Counted from the whole stretch's first letter, positions 47,890 through 61,980 are shown. The stretch: DNA of 63,871 bases, filler included, from Octopus bimaculoides (GCF_001194135.2; 8 parts of 7 records of this genome joined end to end with filler, not necessarily neighbours in it), one strand, 5' to 3'. The notes: generated from the sequence alone by a model not told the origin. Numbers and translations are program-made.

Positions 47890-49514
47890 GTCTATCTATC
47901 TATCTAACTAACTAACTATCTTACTCTTTCACTTGTTTCATTCATTTGACTGCACTACTTTAAAGGGTTTCTGTCGAATAAATCGACTACAGGACATATT
48001 GTTTATAAGACTAGTACTTACTTTTTCNNNNNNNNNNNNNNNNNNNNNNNNNNNNNNNNNNNNNNNNNNNNNNNNNNNNNNNNNNNNNNNNNNNNNNNNN
48101 NNNNNNNNNNNNNNNNNNNNNNNNNNNNNNNNNNNNNNNNNNNNNNNNNNNNNNNNNNNNNNNNNNNNNNNNNNNNNNNNNNNNNNNNNNNNNNNNNNNN
48201 NNNNNNNNNNNNNNNNNNNNNNNNNNNNNNNNNNNNNNNNNNNNNNNNNNNNNNNNNNNNNNNNNNNNNNNNNNNNNNNNNNNNNNNNNNNNNNNNNNNN
48301 NNNNNNNNNNNNNNNNNNNNNNNNNNNNNNNNNNNNNNNNNNNNNNNNNNNNNNNNNNNNNNNNNNNNNNNNNNNNNNNNNNNNNNNNNNNNNNNNNNNN
48401 NNNNNNNNNNNNNNNNNNNNNNNNNNNNNNNNNNNNNNNNNNNNNNNNNNNNNNNNNNNNNNNNNNNNNNNNNNNNTATATATATATAGTGTGTGTGTGT
48501 GTGTGTGTGTGTGTATCCGATGGGCTTCTTTCAGTTTCCGTCTACCGAATCCACTCACAAGGCTTTGTAATTTCATTACGCTATTTTAAGGCAATAGGTA
48601 CTAATAGTTTCTTGCTGTTAAGACACGTAGTTAGGGAGATTTTTGTAACTTGCCATTTCTCTCCAAATAATCTTCAGGTTCTGAATGTATGTTTTCAGGA
48701 CACTGGTATATGCATCAACCTTCTTCTCGTTGTTTGTAATGTACCAGCATCTTTATTTTCAAAAACAAAAGAACTATTTAGACGCACAGATATATTAGAG
48801 ACAGCACAGACATAGAGGTTTATGTGTGTATGCAAACATACATTAACCTAGATATATTGGCAAAACAAGGACACAAAACATGTAGACACCTGCTTCACCA
48901 CGTACATTTTGTACATTTTGTGGACCTTACCTGTCTAAAAAAGTAAACTGTGCGCGCGTGAATACGCAATCATATGTACATATATACTAGCAGCATTAAC
49001 CGTTCTTAGCGGGTTTATTACTACATAAAATATGTACACAAATGGGAATTTTAAAAAATATTTTGGATAAATATATTTGATTTTGAAATACTGTTTCTCA
49101 CAACATTTCTGCATCCAAACCATTGAGATGTCTTTTGCTAAGCTTCATCATTATGTGCCAAAAATATATATATAGTTACTAAAATCAAATTTTATTAGTA
49201 TGTTAAAATTAATAATTCACTGACAACACATTTTCTTCCAAATTCTGTACTACTTTACATAATTTGTACAAGTGACTCATATTACTACGCCATATCTGAT
49301 CTTTATATATCTTGCAATATTTAAGGATATCCAGAAATGTTCACTCTAATGATTTACCTCATGAAATTACATTGTTCTTTAAGTAATATTTTAAAGTAAT
49401 AGCTTCAAAGCAATATATGTGCATGAGTGTATTTGTCTGTACGATGTGCGAGCACCTGAGTACATAAGTTGATACGTAAGTACATATGCACACACGTACA
49501 TGTTCACACGTATA

Positions 49515-49555
<41 letters not shown>

Positions 49556-50344
49556 GCACATATCCACATAAACATATGTGTGTGTATGTTTATATGTATA
49601 TTTATGTGTATATGTGCATATGTGTACATATATATATGCATACAGATATACATATATATNNNNNNNNNNNNNNNNNNNNNNNNNNNNNNNNNNNNNNNNN
49701 NNNNNNNNNNNNNNNNNNNNNNNNNNNNNNNNNNNNNNNNNNNNNNNNNNNNNNNNNNNNNNNNNNNNNNNNNNNNNNNNNNNNNNNNNNNNNNNNNNNN
49801 NNNNNNNNNNNNNNNNNNNNNNNNNNNNNNNNNNNNNNNNNNNNNNNNNNNNNNNNNNNNNNNNNNNNNNNNNNNNNNNNNNNNNNNNNNNNNNNNNNNN
49901 NNNNNNNNNNNNNNNNNNNNNNNNNNNNNNNNNNNNNNNNNNNNNNNNNNNNNNNNNNNNNNNNNNNNNNNNNNNNNNNNNNNNNNNNNNNNNNNNNNNN
50001 NNNNNNNNNNNNNNNNNNNNNNNNNNNNNNNNNNNNNNNNNNNNNNNNNNNNNNNNNNNNNNNNNNNNNNNNNNNNNNNNNNNNNNNNNNNNNNNNNNNN
50101 NNNNNNNNNNNNNNNNNNNNNNNNNNNNNNNNNNNNNNNNNNNNNNAAGAAGAAGAAGACGAAGAAGAAGAAGAAGAAGAAGAAGAAGAAGAAGAAGAAG
50201 AAGAAGAAGAAGAAGAAGAAGAAGAAGAAGAAGAAGAAGAAGAAGAAGAGAATGCGGCAGTAGTATGATAGTAGTAGGATGTTAAAAGGTCAAGTGACCT
50301 AAAAGTAGATCGTTGCAGATGATAGTATTGATTGGGACTGTTTT

Positions 50345-51500
50345 GAATGAATACCTCTTCCAGTTATTTTCTATGTAGAGGGAGAATGGGTTGCCGTACT
50401 TTTCTAGTACTTTACGATAAAGACTAATTTCTAGATATCCCATGACTGGGTTAGCGAAGGAGGAGGCCATTCTCGTACCCATCGGAGTCCCCGATTTTTG
50501 TCGATAGAAGTTGCCTTTGAAGACAAAATAGTTATTCTCCAAGATGAATTTTAGCCTTTCTATCACGAATTCTGATTTGGTGCGATGTGAGAGTTCGTTG
50601 GCGTAATTCTCTAGTCAGAATTGAATTGCCTCTATTCCTAGGTTGTGGAGAATATTAGAATAGAGGTTGACTATATCGAAGGATGCTAGTAAGATGTTTT
50701 TGTTTATTGTTTCATGAAGGTGATTGGGCATATCCAGGACGTCCCTTATGTAGCTCTTTGATTGTTGTTTGTCATCTTTTAATTTGTTCAGCTCAACCCA
50801 TTCTTTTTTGCTGAAGTTTGGTTTGTGTTTTTGTTTGGGTGTATGTTGATATGGGTAATTCGAGATGTATTCACAGAAATGATCAAAAGTTTTGTTCTTT
50901 CCTTTTAAGGGGGTTTAGTTACTATTTCGGACTAACAATTAGTCCCCGTTGTATTTGTCATATAGACCCTCAGCGAGTCATAATTTTCTGCAGAATTCCG
51001 CGATGTCTTCTTTCATTTTGTTATAGTTGGGACGTTGGGGGTGTAAACTTGAGCCCTTTGGAGAGTATATTTATTTGGCTTGCTGTTAGTTCTTTGTGTG
51101 TTAGATTGATAATTTCTATCACTTTTTGTTCCTCCTGTCTGTTTGATGCGATCTCGTGTCTCTGTGTTTGCGGATTGGGTCTAAAAAATGATTGAGGTGA
51201 TTGGGACGGTAGCTGTTATGTATTTTTCCTTGCTGTTGCGAGGTTCCCTGTTGTGATTTATGGTGCGTGTTCTTGGAACGGTATTGAAACGTGTGTCCCG
51301 ATATCCCATGTTCGGATGTGGTGTTTTAGGACGCCGTCTTTGGTAATTATTGCGTGTGGTATGCGTTTGTTGTGCATGGATGTTTAGTAGATTGTTGGAA
51401 CGAAAATTTCGTTGGTAACTCCTTATGGGGAGGAGGCTGCAATGTCTATCCTGTGGGTAGTGATATTTCCTTTCTCTTGACTTATTTTCCTTATGCATAG
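50345..51500 (-). mobile_element. Penelope-like element reverse transcriptase remnant
   Basis: IINLTHKELTASQINILSKGLKFTPP, LASFDIVNLYSNI, FILENNYFVFKGNFYRQKSGTPMGTRMASSFAN..MGYLE, WKRY; stops just before the catalytic DD. Confidence 0.92.
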
Positions 51501-51534
51501 CAACTCGTGTGTTCCTTTTCAATCTTCTACACGC

Positions 51535-51599
<65 letters not shown>

Positions 51600-51622
51600 G
51601 AGAGAGAGAGAGNNNNNNNNNN

Positions 51623-51691
<69 letters not shown>

Positions 51692-52305
51692 CGTGTGAAC
51701 ATGTGGCGTGTGCAATATGTGCTTATATATTAACTTATATACGCAGGCACTCGCATATCGTACGGACAAATACACGCATATATATATATATATATATATA
51801 CTTCTTCATATATTCATATACACTTGTTTAGACACACGCATACAGGTTCACATTTTAATTGAACATTTTGAAAGGAACGTTTCTTCTTCGTGAAACATGG
51901 TGGAATTTAAAGTGGCTAGTGCTTATACAAAAAATCTTATGCCTGTGCCTACAAGGTACTAAACACTTTTAGCTCTTGTTCAAATTGTTATTACTTTGAG
52001 TCAAAATTCATAAATTTTCACTGGAACAAATGTTGCACTTCATTTTTGCATTGAACCCATTTCTAGTGTATAGATGTGACTTATCAACAATCGACTGGGT
52101 AATTTCGAAACTGTGAGGGCTGGTCTCAAGCAAGAACCATTTGAGTTTCGAGAAAGTGTTAGCGCCTTTATTTTTATTATTAGCGCTGGCACATGAATGT
52201 CTGTAATTAATCTGTTTTTGAATGTCATTTCAAAGTATGTACATAAATGTATTGTTACATATATACACGTATAAATACACGCACACACACATACAACATA
52301 TATGT

Positions 52306-52345
<40 letters not shown>

Positions 52346-52379
52346 TATAACACAATACTTGTTCCAAGGCAAACTGTTG

Positions 52380-52993
52380 GCGTCAATGAACGAGAGATAA
52401 ATTCCTCAATCTCATGCTGGAACATAATTTATTTCTGTTGTTCGTGGTGACAGTCATCTTGGCGATTATTTGATCACTTGCTACTTCTTGGGATATTTTA
52501 AACAGGTCGTATTGCCTGAGTAAACTAAGAATTATGCTATCATAAGAACCAATTATAGATCGAAGTAACTCTAACACTACGTTCAGCCAAATGTCAGTGG
52601 GTTACTAGAATGGCTGAATTATTTGCTAATGCAAATCGGTTTCAATGATCACAATGAAAATGGAGGAGAAGCTGAGTCTATGGTACATTGAAATCTGAAC
52701 AGAAAGGAATGAATAAAGAAGTATAATGGCTGAGAGGAATGGCAACTTTCTACCTCAAATACACTGATGATAGCTACAGAAATCAATCGTCCGGAAGCAA
52801 ACGGGCTAAAACAATCTCCCAACGTACGTTCAAGTATTTGGACTCACATGGACCGTTTTCTGCACTGTGCAGAAACCGGTCCACGTGAGTCGATCTGTCT
52901 TTATTGCAAGTTGATGCAGGTAGGTTATCCCATCCCATTCCGACTTTTATTTCATGCAATTGAAAAAACCGCATTATTTATGGGATGACCCAA
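52380..52993 (-). mobile_element. mariner-type terminal segment (TIR about 52963-52993) without coding region
   Basis: AAAAAACCGCATTATTTATGGGATGACCCAA|TA matches the TIR at 55644-55675; inner boundary uncertain. Confidence 0.6.
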
Positions 52994-53015
52994 TATATAT
53001 ATATATATATGTGTG

Positions 53016-53053
<38 letters not shown>

Positions 53054-53059
53054 TATTAT

Positions 53060-53092
<33 letters not shown>

Positions 53093-53232
53093 TATACATA
53101 CATATATATATATATATATATGCATATATATANNNNNNNNNNNNNNNNNNNNNNNNNNNNNNNNNNNNNNNNNNNNTTAATTAATTAANNNNNNNNNNNN
53201 NNNNNNNNNNNNNNNNNNNNNNNNNNNNNNNN

Positions 53233-53692
53233 GCGGTCATCCGTCCAACAGCCATCTGCACCAGGCATGGAGCGGGTGATGCGTACATCTCGTCTGTCCT
53301 TGGATCTTGTTAGAACGTAGTCGAGTATGTGCCAGTGTTTAAACCGTGGGTGTTTCCAGGTCGTCTTTTGTCGGGTAGGGAGATGAAATAGGGAGTCGGT
53401 GATGATGAGTTCGGGCTCGGCGCAAAGGCCTAGGAGCAGCTGGCCATTGGCATTGCATTTCCCAATGCCGTGATGACCAAGAATGCCGTTCCACAGGCAA
53501 TGGTTACTGCTGACTCTGCCGTTAAAATCCTCCAACACAAGTTTGTCATGTGCGGGGATTGTCTGAATGGTGCGGTCCAACAGGTTGTAGAACGAAGTCT
53601 TGACGTCGTCTTCAGATGTGAGGGTATGGACATACACAGAGATCAGCGTAAGGTATCTGTCCCGAATGAGCGGGATCCGAACAGTCATCAGG
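53233..53692 (-). mobile_element. RTE-clade LINE apurinic endonuclease fragment
   Basis: TLISVY..T, DFNGRV, GHHGIGKCNANGQLLL, TTWKHPRFKHWHILDYVL. Confidence 0.92.
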
Positions 53693-54287
53693 TGGAAGTG
53701 ACAAAACAGCGTAGTCGGCATATTTTGCTTTATGAGTTCAATAAAGGCAGCAACGCAACGGCAAGTCCGAGGAATATTAATGCAGTATATGGGGATTGGA
53801 CAATAATCATAAGCCAGTGTCAACGGTAGTTCCAGAAATTCTGAGCCTAGAAGATGAGCCACGTCCTGAAAGATCTGTCGAGCTCAACGAAGACATCCTA
53901 AAAGTCCTGGTGGAACAAAATCCCATGGTAATTGTTGAGGAACTAGCTTGGAATTGGTCATTCCACCAATCATTCAAGCCAGCGCTATAAGAAAAACGAC
54001 CATCTTTGGTGGAAGACGAAAGGTGTTCTTCCACCAAGATAATGCTCGGCCACTTACAGCAGGGATGACATTCCAAAGGCTGGAGCAGTTTGAATGGGAA
54101 ATGATGCCCCACCAACCATACTCGCCGGATATTACCCCATCTGATTATCCTTTATTCTGCAATCTTCAAAATCATTTGGACGGAATAAATATGAATTCTG
54201 TAGACGAGCTCAGAACAATACTGGAGGAATACTTTTTGTCACGGACAAGTGAATTTAGGAATAAGAGCCTTGCAAGTCTACCGGATG
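53692..54287 (+). mobile_element. mariner (DD34D) transposase, internally deleted
   Basis: EVTKQRSRHILLYEFNKG, SLEDEPR, FHQDNARP...PYSPDITPSD (34 residues between D and D). Confidence 0.92.
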
Positions 54288-55127
54288 TATGTATATGCAT
54301 ATATATATGTATCTGTCTATCTATATCTATCTTTCTTTCTATCTATTTATCTATCTGTCTTCCTCTATCGTTCTATCTATACCTCTGTCCTGGCCTCTAC
54401 TTCACTGTTATACCCTTCTGTCCCTCCCTCCTTGTTCCACTTCCTCCCTCCACCATCCTCTCTATCTANNNNNNNNNNAAAATACAAAATAAAACAAGAC
54501 AACTAATGCTGTAGTAACAGCAACAATAAAGATACTTTTAGAGTCAAGCATTAAATAAAGTAAAAAACTTATGAGAATTTCCTATTCTTATAAGCTATAT
54601 AGGGTTAAGATACATATTGAGAAAACTAGCCGCAATAGCAGAAGTGGTGTGAAAAAAATCTTCTATGGAGTAAAGTTGAAATCATATTTATCACAAGTAG
54701 ATTAAATGTTAAGGTGAGAGATCAGGAATATATGTTAAAAAGGTTCAATTTCCATTTTAAAAATATGTGCTAATTGATAGTCATAGATGGTCATGGTAGA
54801 AGTTAAAATACTATAATTTGATAACTTTAGCTACTTTATAAAAACTATTTTTTTTTAATTTAAAAGTGCGAGTAGAGGAGTGTGGACATGATACCCTAAG
54901 GTCTAATCTATTATTGATTAGATTAGGATTATTTCTAAGTTTAAAAAATTTTGTGTGTGTGTGTGTGTGTGTGTATACATATATATATATCTTGCATGTA
55001 TGTATGTATGCATGTAAATACGTATATATGTATGCACACACGCACGCACGCGCGCGCGCAAAGAGCATTGCAGAAAATGAAGGAGAGTATATTTTAGTAT
55101 TCTATATTTTTGAGGTTAGGAACTATC

Positions 55128-55584
55128 TACATTATTTACAATGGACAGATAGGTGCCCTCACCTTATTTGTTGTTACCACAGCGTTTCGTCTGATGTACA
55201 CACCAGCCTTCATCAGGTGTTCTGGTGGAATTTCAAACCTAACCCTTTATTTGACTAATGAGGTACTCTGTTCTCATTCCTAAGGTATTCTTTTTTGCTG
55301 ATGTTATTTTTTGTTGATATAGCGTAGTGGATAAGGAAGCGGGCTACTAACCCTGAGATTCTGAGTTCACTCCCAAGCAGGGACTTGGGGAATGATATCA
55401 ACAAAAAATAACATCACCATAAAAGAATACCTTAGGAATGAGAGCAGTGTACCCCGTTAGTCAAATAAAGAGTTGGGTTCGAAATTCCACCAGAATATTT
55501 GATGAAGGCTGGAGAGTATATCAGACGAAACATTGATAACAACAAACAAGGTGACGACACCTATCCGTCCATTGTAAACAAAGT
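55128..55584. mobile_element. family 1 hammerhead-SINE foldback: inverted body (55128-55320), tRNA-like head (55321-55394), body (55395-55584)
   Basis: Arms are reverse complements and match copies a and b; degenerate hammerhead motifs at 55176-55222 (-) and 55494-55540 (+). Confidence 0.75.
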
Positions 55585-55675
55585 ATATTTTAACTTGAAA
55601 AAGAACTTTGTTTATCATAATTTAGAAAAATAAAAGAAGTATTAAAAAAACCGCATTATTTATGGGATGGCTCAA
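55585..55675 (+). mobile_element. mariner 3' end with right TIR
   Basis: AAAAAAACCGCATTATTTATGGGATGGCTCAA|TA; plausibly the end of the 53692-54287 element. Confidence 0.7.
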
Positions 55676-55957
55676 TATACATATATANNNNNNNNNNNNN
55701 NNNNNNNNNNNNNNNNNNNNNNNNNNNNNNNTTAATTAATTAANNNNNNNNNNNNNNNNNNNNNNNNNNNNNNNNNNNNNNNNNNNNATATATATATATA
55801 CACACACACACGAACCTATGTATGCTTCATGTATATACGTATATGCACATGTTCACATGCACAAGTCAATATATGTATATACATGAACATTCATATAAAT
55901 AAATGTATGTATATATATATATATGTGTGTGTGTATATATATGTAGATATATGCGTG

Positions 55958-55990
<33 letters not shown>

Positions 55991-57939
55991 ATGTATACAC
56001 GCACACACACGCATACATGATTTCTGAGGATTTGTTATTGAAGCCTTCGTCTACTTGCACATAGTGTATATGTTGAGCTATGACGACGGGTGTACGCACG
56101 CATGTGTGTGTGTGTCTGTGTGCATAGCTGTATCTTATGTGTATGTGAGTGTGCTAGTATGTATACTAGTGAATATGGTTGTGTCTATGTATGTCTGTAT
56201 ATACGTACCGATAAGTGGGGGTGAGGGCTGTACTGATTTATGAGCAGACATAGGGAACCTATGTTTCGTACTTCTTGTGTACGATGGGGGAGTCAGCGAG
56301 GTCAGTTGGTGCAATTTGGAAAGGGGCCTTGAAGGGGCCTCCGTTTCAGGAAAGAAATCTATAGAAACATTAAGGGATAATATATAAGGAAATGCACAAG
56401 AGCGACCTTCATGGATGTGTATATATGTTTCTATATATATATATATATATATATATACGTGCACGTACACATACATATATGTGTATGTGTATATGGATAT
56501 GTATAGAAATATTTGAATGTATGTATACATATATTTGTATGTATGTATGTATGTAGGTAGGTAGGTAGGTAGGTAGGTAGGTAGGTAGGAAGGTAGGTAG
56601 GTAGGTAGGAAGGTAGGTATGTAGGTAGGTAAGTAGGTATGTAGGTATGTATGTATGTGCGAATGTCATTATTCCGTTTTATTTCAATATTTCTTGCCAA
56701 TACAGAAAGAACCGGTTTCTAACCCAGATCCAAGTCTCCTTCATTGCAATTTCAACATCAACAACAGGCTATTTTTGTTTCTATGTATGTACGTATGTAT
56801 GTATGTATGTATGTATGTACAGATTTGTATGTTTTATGTATGCCTTCTCATGCATATAGCTACATATCTAGAGATGCTCATATATATTTAAATGATAAAT
56901 TTCTGGAAAGTTTTACAGATTTTTACAGTTCCAGTGATGGATTGGATCTGTAGTCTTCGAATTAGCTTTCTCCTTTCTTAGTATAAATTTATTATTCTTA
57001 AACAAGAATAGTGTTGACAGTAACTTCGAACTTTCGACCAGCTAAGCCATTGTCGTTGCTGCTGAAGGTTTTACGCGGTCGGCAAATCCTACCTCAACCT
57101 CGTCTAGTGGCCCCTTTTACGACACGAAGTGGAATCGCTGCGCCTAGCCTTCGACATTCCTGTTCCCACATAATTAAATGAAAATTACTGAGATATCGTT
57201 AATGTGTGACAAATCTTGAGCCAGAAATAATAAGCATTTGACAATGTGAAAGTTTTGTTAATGAATATAATTAAAGTTGTTCATTAGAATATAAGGTGAT
57301 CATGGAATTAGTTGGCCTCTGTTCATTTCAGTTTTAAGAAATTATATACGATCGATATATTCTTTTCTTCCTTTCTTTCTTGCTCTCATATATGCACATA
57401 CATACATATTTACGTATATGTAATGCATATTATATACGTATATATATGAATAAAAATATATATGCGTGCGTATATGATCTATATTCCATTAACAGAAGAA
57501 AATGGTGAGATAAAGGTTAATAATTATTTATTAATAAATTGATAATCATTCATTCCTACAATTGTTTCAATTAGTACTCATTCAATAAATTACAAATTTA
57601 TGCATGTAAATCTGCATTTATAAGTTATGAGCAAAATATCATTACGGAAATATTAGACATTAAAAGGTTACATATTGACCAATCTGCTCTTCCCAGAAGA
57701 CTAAATGTATGGAATTGACTTCATTTGTTAGTGCATAGAGCTAACAGATAAATTTGAATATGACAAATAAAATAGAATAAGAAATAAAATCAAAATCAAA
57801 TAAAAATATAATAANNNNNNNNNNNNNNNNNNNNNNNNNNNNNNNNNNNNNNNNNNNNTTAATTAATTAANNNNNNNNNNNNNNNNNNNNNNNNNNNNNN
57901 NNNNNNNNNNNNNNTATATATATGTATATGTGTGTGCGT

Positions 57940-58135
57940 GTATGTTTGTGTGTCTGTGTTTGTCCCCCCAACATCACTTGACAACCGATGCTGGTATGTT
58001 TACGTCCCCGTAACTTAGAATAAGTACTAGGCTTCCAAACAATATGTCCTGGGGTCGATTTGCTCGACTAAAGGCGGTGCTTCAGCAAAGCCGCAGTCAA
58101 ATGACTGAAACAAGTAAAAGAGTAAAAGAGTAAAG
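57940..58135 (+). mobile_element. SINE 3' half of the 320-535 type
   Basis: Shared body and GACTGAAACAAGTAAAAGAGTAAAAGAG tail. Confidence 0.75.
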
Positions 58136-58685
58136 AGTAAATATTTTTGCGTATTTTAAAAGAAATATAAGAAAGTTATTGCCATAAATATTAGCAAATA
58201 ATCTTATATGGATCACCATGAGTCATATGAACCCTGCATGAGAAGCACTGCGGAAGACCAATGCAGCAAATGGTGATGATGATCATGATCATGGTGAGGG
58301 AGGGGGGAAGAGGAAAAGGAGTTGGCGGAGGATAGGAAGAACTGCCAAAGTTATTCATTAGAAGGTGGTGTGTACCATCTATTTGTTAGATTACGGAACA
58401 TAAGCGATTAACGGATGTCGTGGTGTTCATGGCCTTCATAGTACATTATATTACTAGGATTCTTTCAACGGTGCATTGAAACCAAGTCGTTAACATACAA
58501 TCATTACCATATAGACAGCAAATGCCTACGTGTACGTATGTGTGTATGGTTGCACGTGTGTTTGTGTGTTTGTCTTCATCTCTGTATGTCTTTATCCAAC
58601 TACCGCATACGTCTATGAGAACGTGCGTTTGATGATGTCTTAATACAAATATTTATATAGATGTGCGTATAAGTCTCTGTACATG

Positions 58686-58739
<54 letters not shown>

Positions 58740-59170
58740 NNNNNNNNNNNNNNNNNNNNNNNNNNNNNNNNNNNNNNNNNNNNNNNNNNNNNNNNNNNNN
58801 NNNNNNNNNNNNNNNNNNNNNNNNNNNNNNNNNNNNNNNNNNNNNNNNNNNNNNNNNNNNNNNNNNNNNNNNNNNNNNNNNNNNNNNNNNNNNNNNNNNN
58901 NNNNNNNNNNNNNNNNNNNNNNNNNNNNNNNNNNNNNNNNNNNNNNNNNNNNNNNNNNNNNNNNNNNNNNNNNNNNNNNNNNNNNNNNNNNNNNNNNNNN
59001 NNNNNNNNNNNNNNNNNNNNNNNNNNNNNNNNNNNNNNNNNNNNNNNNNNNNNNNNNNNNNNNNNNNNNNNNNNNNNNNNNNNNNNNNNNNNNNNNNNNN
59101 NNNNNNNNNNNNNNNNNNNNNNNNNNNNNNNNNNNNNNNNNNNNNNNNNNNNNNNNNNNNNNNNNNNNNN

Positions 59171-59202
<32 letters not shown>

Positions 59203-59286
59203 AACGGTTTTCTTTCAATCACTCTCTAGCGGCGTATCTATCTATTTGTTTATCTATATGTCTCTCTGTCTATTATCTATCTATCA

Positions 59287-59332
<46 letters not shown>

Positions 59333-59333
59333 A

Positions 59334-59389
<56 letters not shown>

Positions 59390-59404
59390 AAACTATCTAT
59401 CTAT

Positions 59405-59810
59405 CAAACTATCTAGCTCTCTATATCAACTATGAATAAAAGTCCTAGCGTTATTTATTCAACAAAATATGCCCAACACGTCTCCGCTTTAATTTAATCA
59501 CAAAATTTGAAATTCACTTAATAACCGTCGATAAGTGAATACAAAAGTTAACAGAGAGAAGCTGGTATTGTCACGATCTGATCTTAAACATATACGCATT
59601 AAGAACAGTAGAAAACAATGTAAAGTCAGCCAGCGCTCAGCACACTTCTTTTGTATGTATAAACGACGTACAATCAACCGCATATAAGGATAGTTTTGTA
59701 TGCGTACACGAAGTGGTCTGTGCAGCTTACAATATGGTGTGACTGAAGGGGTGACGGGAAAATTATTAGACACGGACAGTCACACGCGCGCTCTCGCTGT
59801 TTTCATATAT
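59405..59810 (+). mobile_element. possible non-autonomous Helitron-like element next to (TATC)n
   Basis: Starts near TCTATATCAACTATGAATAAAAG and ends with GACACGGACAG..CACACGCGC..CGCTGTTTTCATATAT; termini resemble short Helitron-like repeats but the hallmarks are incomplete. Confidence 0.35.
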
Positions 59811-60391
59811 GTATGTATGTATGCATGTAATGTATGTGTGTATGTATATTTATACATGTATGTACATTTATATTTATATCATGTACGCACGCGTGTATGT
59901 GTGTATGTGTGTGTGTGTGTGTGTGTGTGTCTGTGTGCATACAAATATATATGCATTGATAGAGAGATAAATAGATAGAAAGACAGACAGACAGACAGAC
60001 AGACAGATAGATAGATACATACATACATACATACATACATACATACATAGACAGACACACATACAGATAGATAGATAGCTAGCTAGATAGATAGAGAGAT
60101 AGATAGATAGATAGATAGATACATACATACATACATACATACATACATACATACATACATACACACACTTATACAAACAACACGCATATACACTCTCTTT
60201 CTAACTCACCTTACACGCTAATGGAAAATTATAACTTCTTCAAATTCAAAACCATATATACATTTATATATGTGTGTGTGTGTGTGTGTGTNNNNNNNNN
60301 NNNNNNNNNNNNNNNNNNNNNNNNNNNNNNNNNNNTTAATTAATTAANNNNNNNNNNNNNNNNNNNNNNNNNNNNNNNNNNNNNNNNNNNN

Positions 60392-60432
<41 letters not shown>

Positions 60433-60729
60433 TTACGCTCATTGCAGCACACATTATTTTCTCTCTGATGGCTGGTATATATCATATCTAACGCGTAGAA
60501 TTTTGAAATTAAACGCAATAAGCACCAATTTAAGATAGTCAAGTGCAACAAACCGAGTGGCTATTGTTTTTCTCAGTCTCAAGTTGCTGTTTATCTATAA
60601 CATTATCCTGCGGCGGCTTACGTTCGTTAGTCTTTAACAATGGAATGGAATCAAAGACACAAGTTGTTCTCGACACAACATTTTTTTAATGTTATTCATC
60701 AGACAATTAGTTAGTAATTTCGTTTTCAA

Positions 60730-61980
60730 AATCTGGCACAAGGCCAGTAACTTCGTTGGAGGCGGGTAAGTCGATTACATCGACCTCCGCCCCCTCAAAG
60801 CTCAACTGCTATTTATTTTATCGACCTTGAAAGGATGAAAGGTAAAGTCGGCCTCGGTGGAATTTGAACTCAGAACGTAAAGACGGACGAAATGCTGCAA
60901 AGCATTTTGCTCCGTGTGTTAAATACACACGAACACACACACACAGACATGCTGTATTTTCCCGCATACAAGTTGAGTTTATCAAGCTAAATTTTACGGC
61001 CAAATAAGGTAGGTCGGCTTGTTCATCAAGACGACATTCGACGACCAAAAATGCCATGTAAAATTCAGTAAGATTTGCAAAGATATTGACAATCTTGGAA
61101 TGTTTAAACTACATGTTTGTACAATATATTCTTTTCTACTCTAAGCACAAGGCCTGAAATTTCTGGGGAGGTGGGGGCCAGTCGGTTAGATCGACACCAG
61201 TACGCAACTGGTTCTTAATTTATCGACCCCAAAAGGATGAAAGGCAAAATCTTACCTTGGCGGAATTTGCACAATATATTCTTTTCAACTCTAGGCACAA
61301 GGCCTGAAATTTTGGGGGAAGGGGCCAGTCGATTAGATCGACCCCAGTACGCAACTGGTACTTAACCCGGAATTATGTGGTTGGGAAGCAAGTTTCTTAC
61401 CACACAATACGCGCTTACATGACATACATACATACATATGCATACAAATACATACACATACACACACGCACATATATTCAGAATCCACAATGCAGTGGGG
61501 TAGCAACTGTACTTCTGTCGCTGATACAGTGAGCTGGAGTCCCCTGTCACATTCACTAGTCTTTCATATTGGTTTCAAAGTTTGACACAAGACCAGCAAT
61601 TACGATAAAATAAATACCAGTTTTGTACTGAGGTCGATATAATCGACTGACCTCCATCCCCGAAAATGCTGGCCTTGTACCAAAATCCGAAATCAGTATT
61701 AACATTGTATTAAGGCAGCCCCTGGTGGGTAATAAAAAGATAAACATTGTATTAAGGCGGCGAGCTGGCAGAATCGTTAGCACGCCTGGTAAAATGCTTA
61801 GTGGCCTGTCATCGGTCTTTATTCTTTGAGTTCAAATTCCACCGAGGTCGACGTTGCCTTTTATCATTTCGGGGTCGATGAAATAAGTACCAGCTGAGCA
61901 TTGGGAGTCGATGTTATCGACTTGCCTCCTTCCCCGAAATTACTGGCCTTGTGCCAAAATTTCAAACCAATATTAACATT
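60730..61980. mobile_element. cluster of Nin/Deu-like SINE copies (60730-60925 -, two tandem tails 61130-61345 -, 61570-61700 -, 61755-61980 +)
   Basis: Repeated central domain and GGCCTTGTGCC tail in both orientations. Confidence 0.75.
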
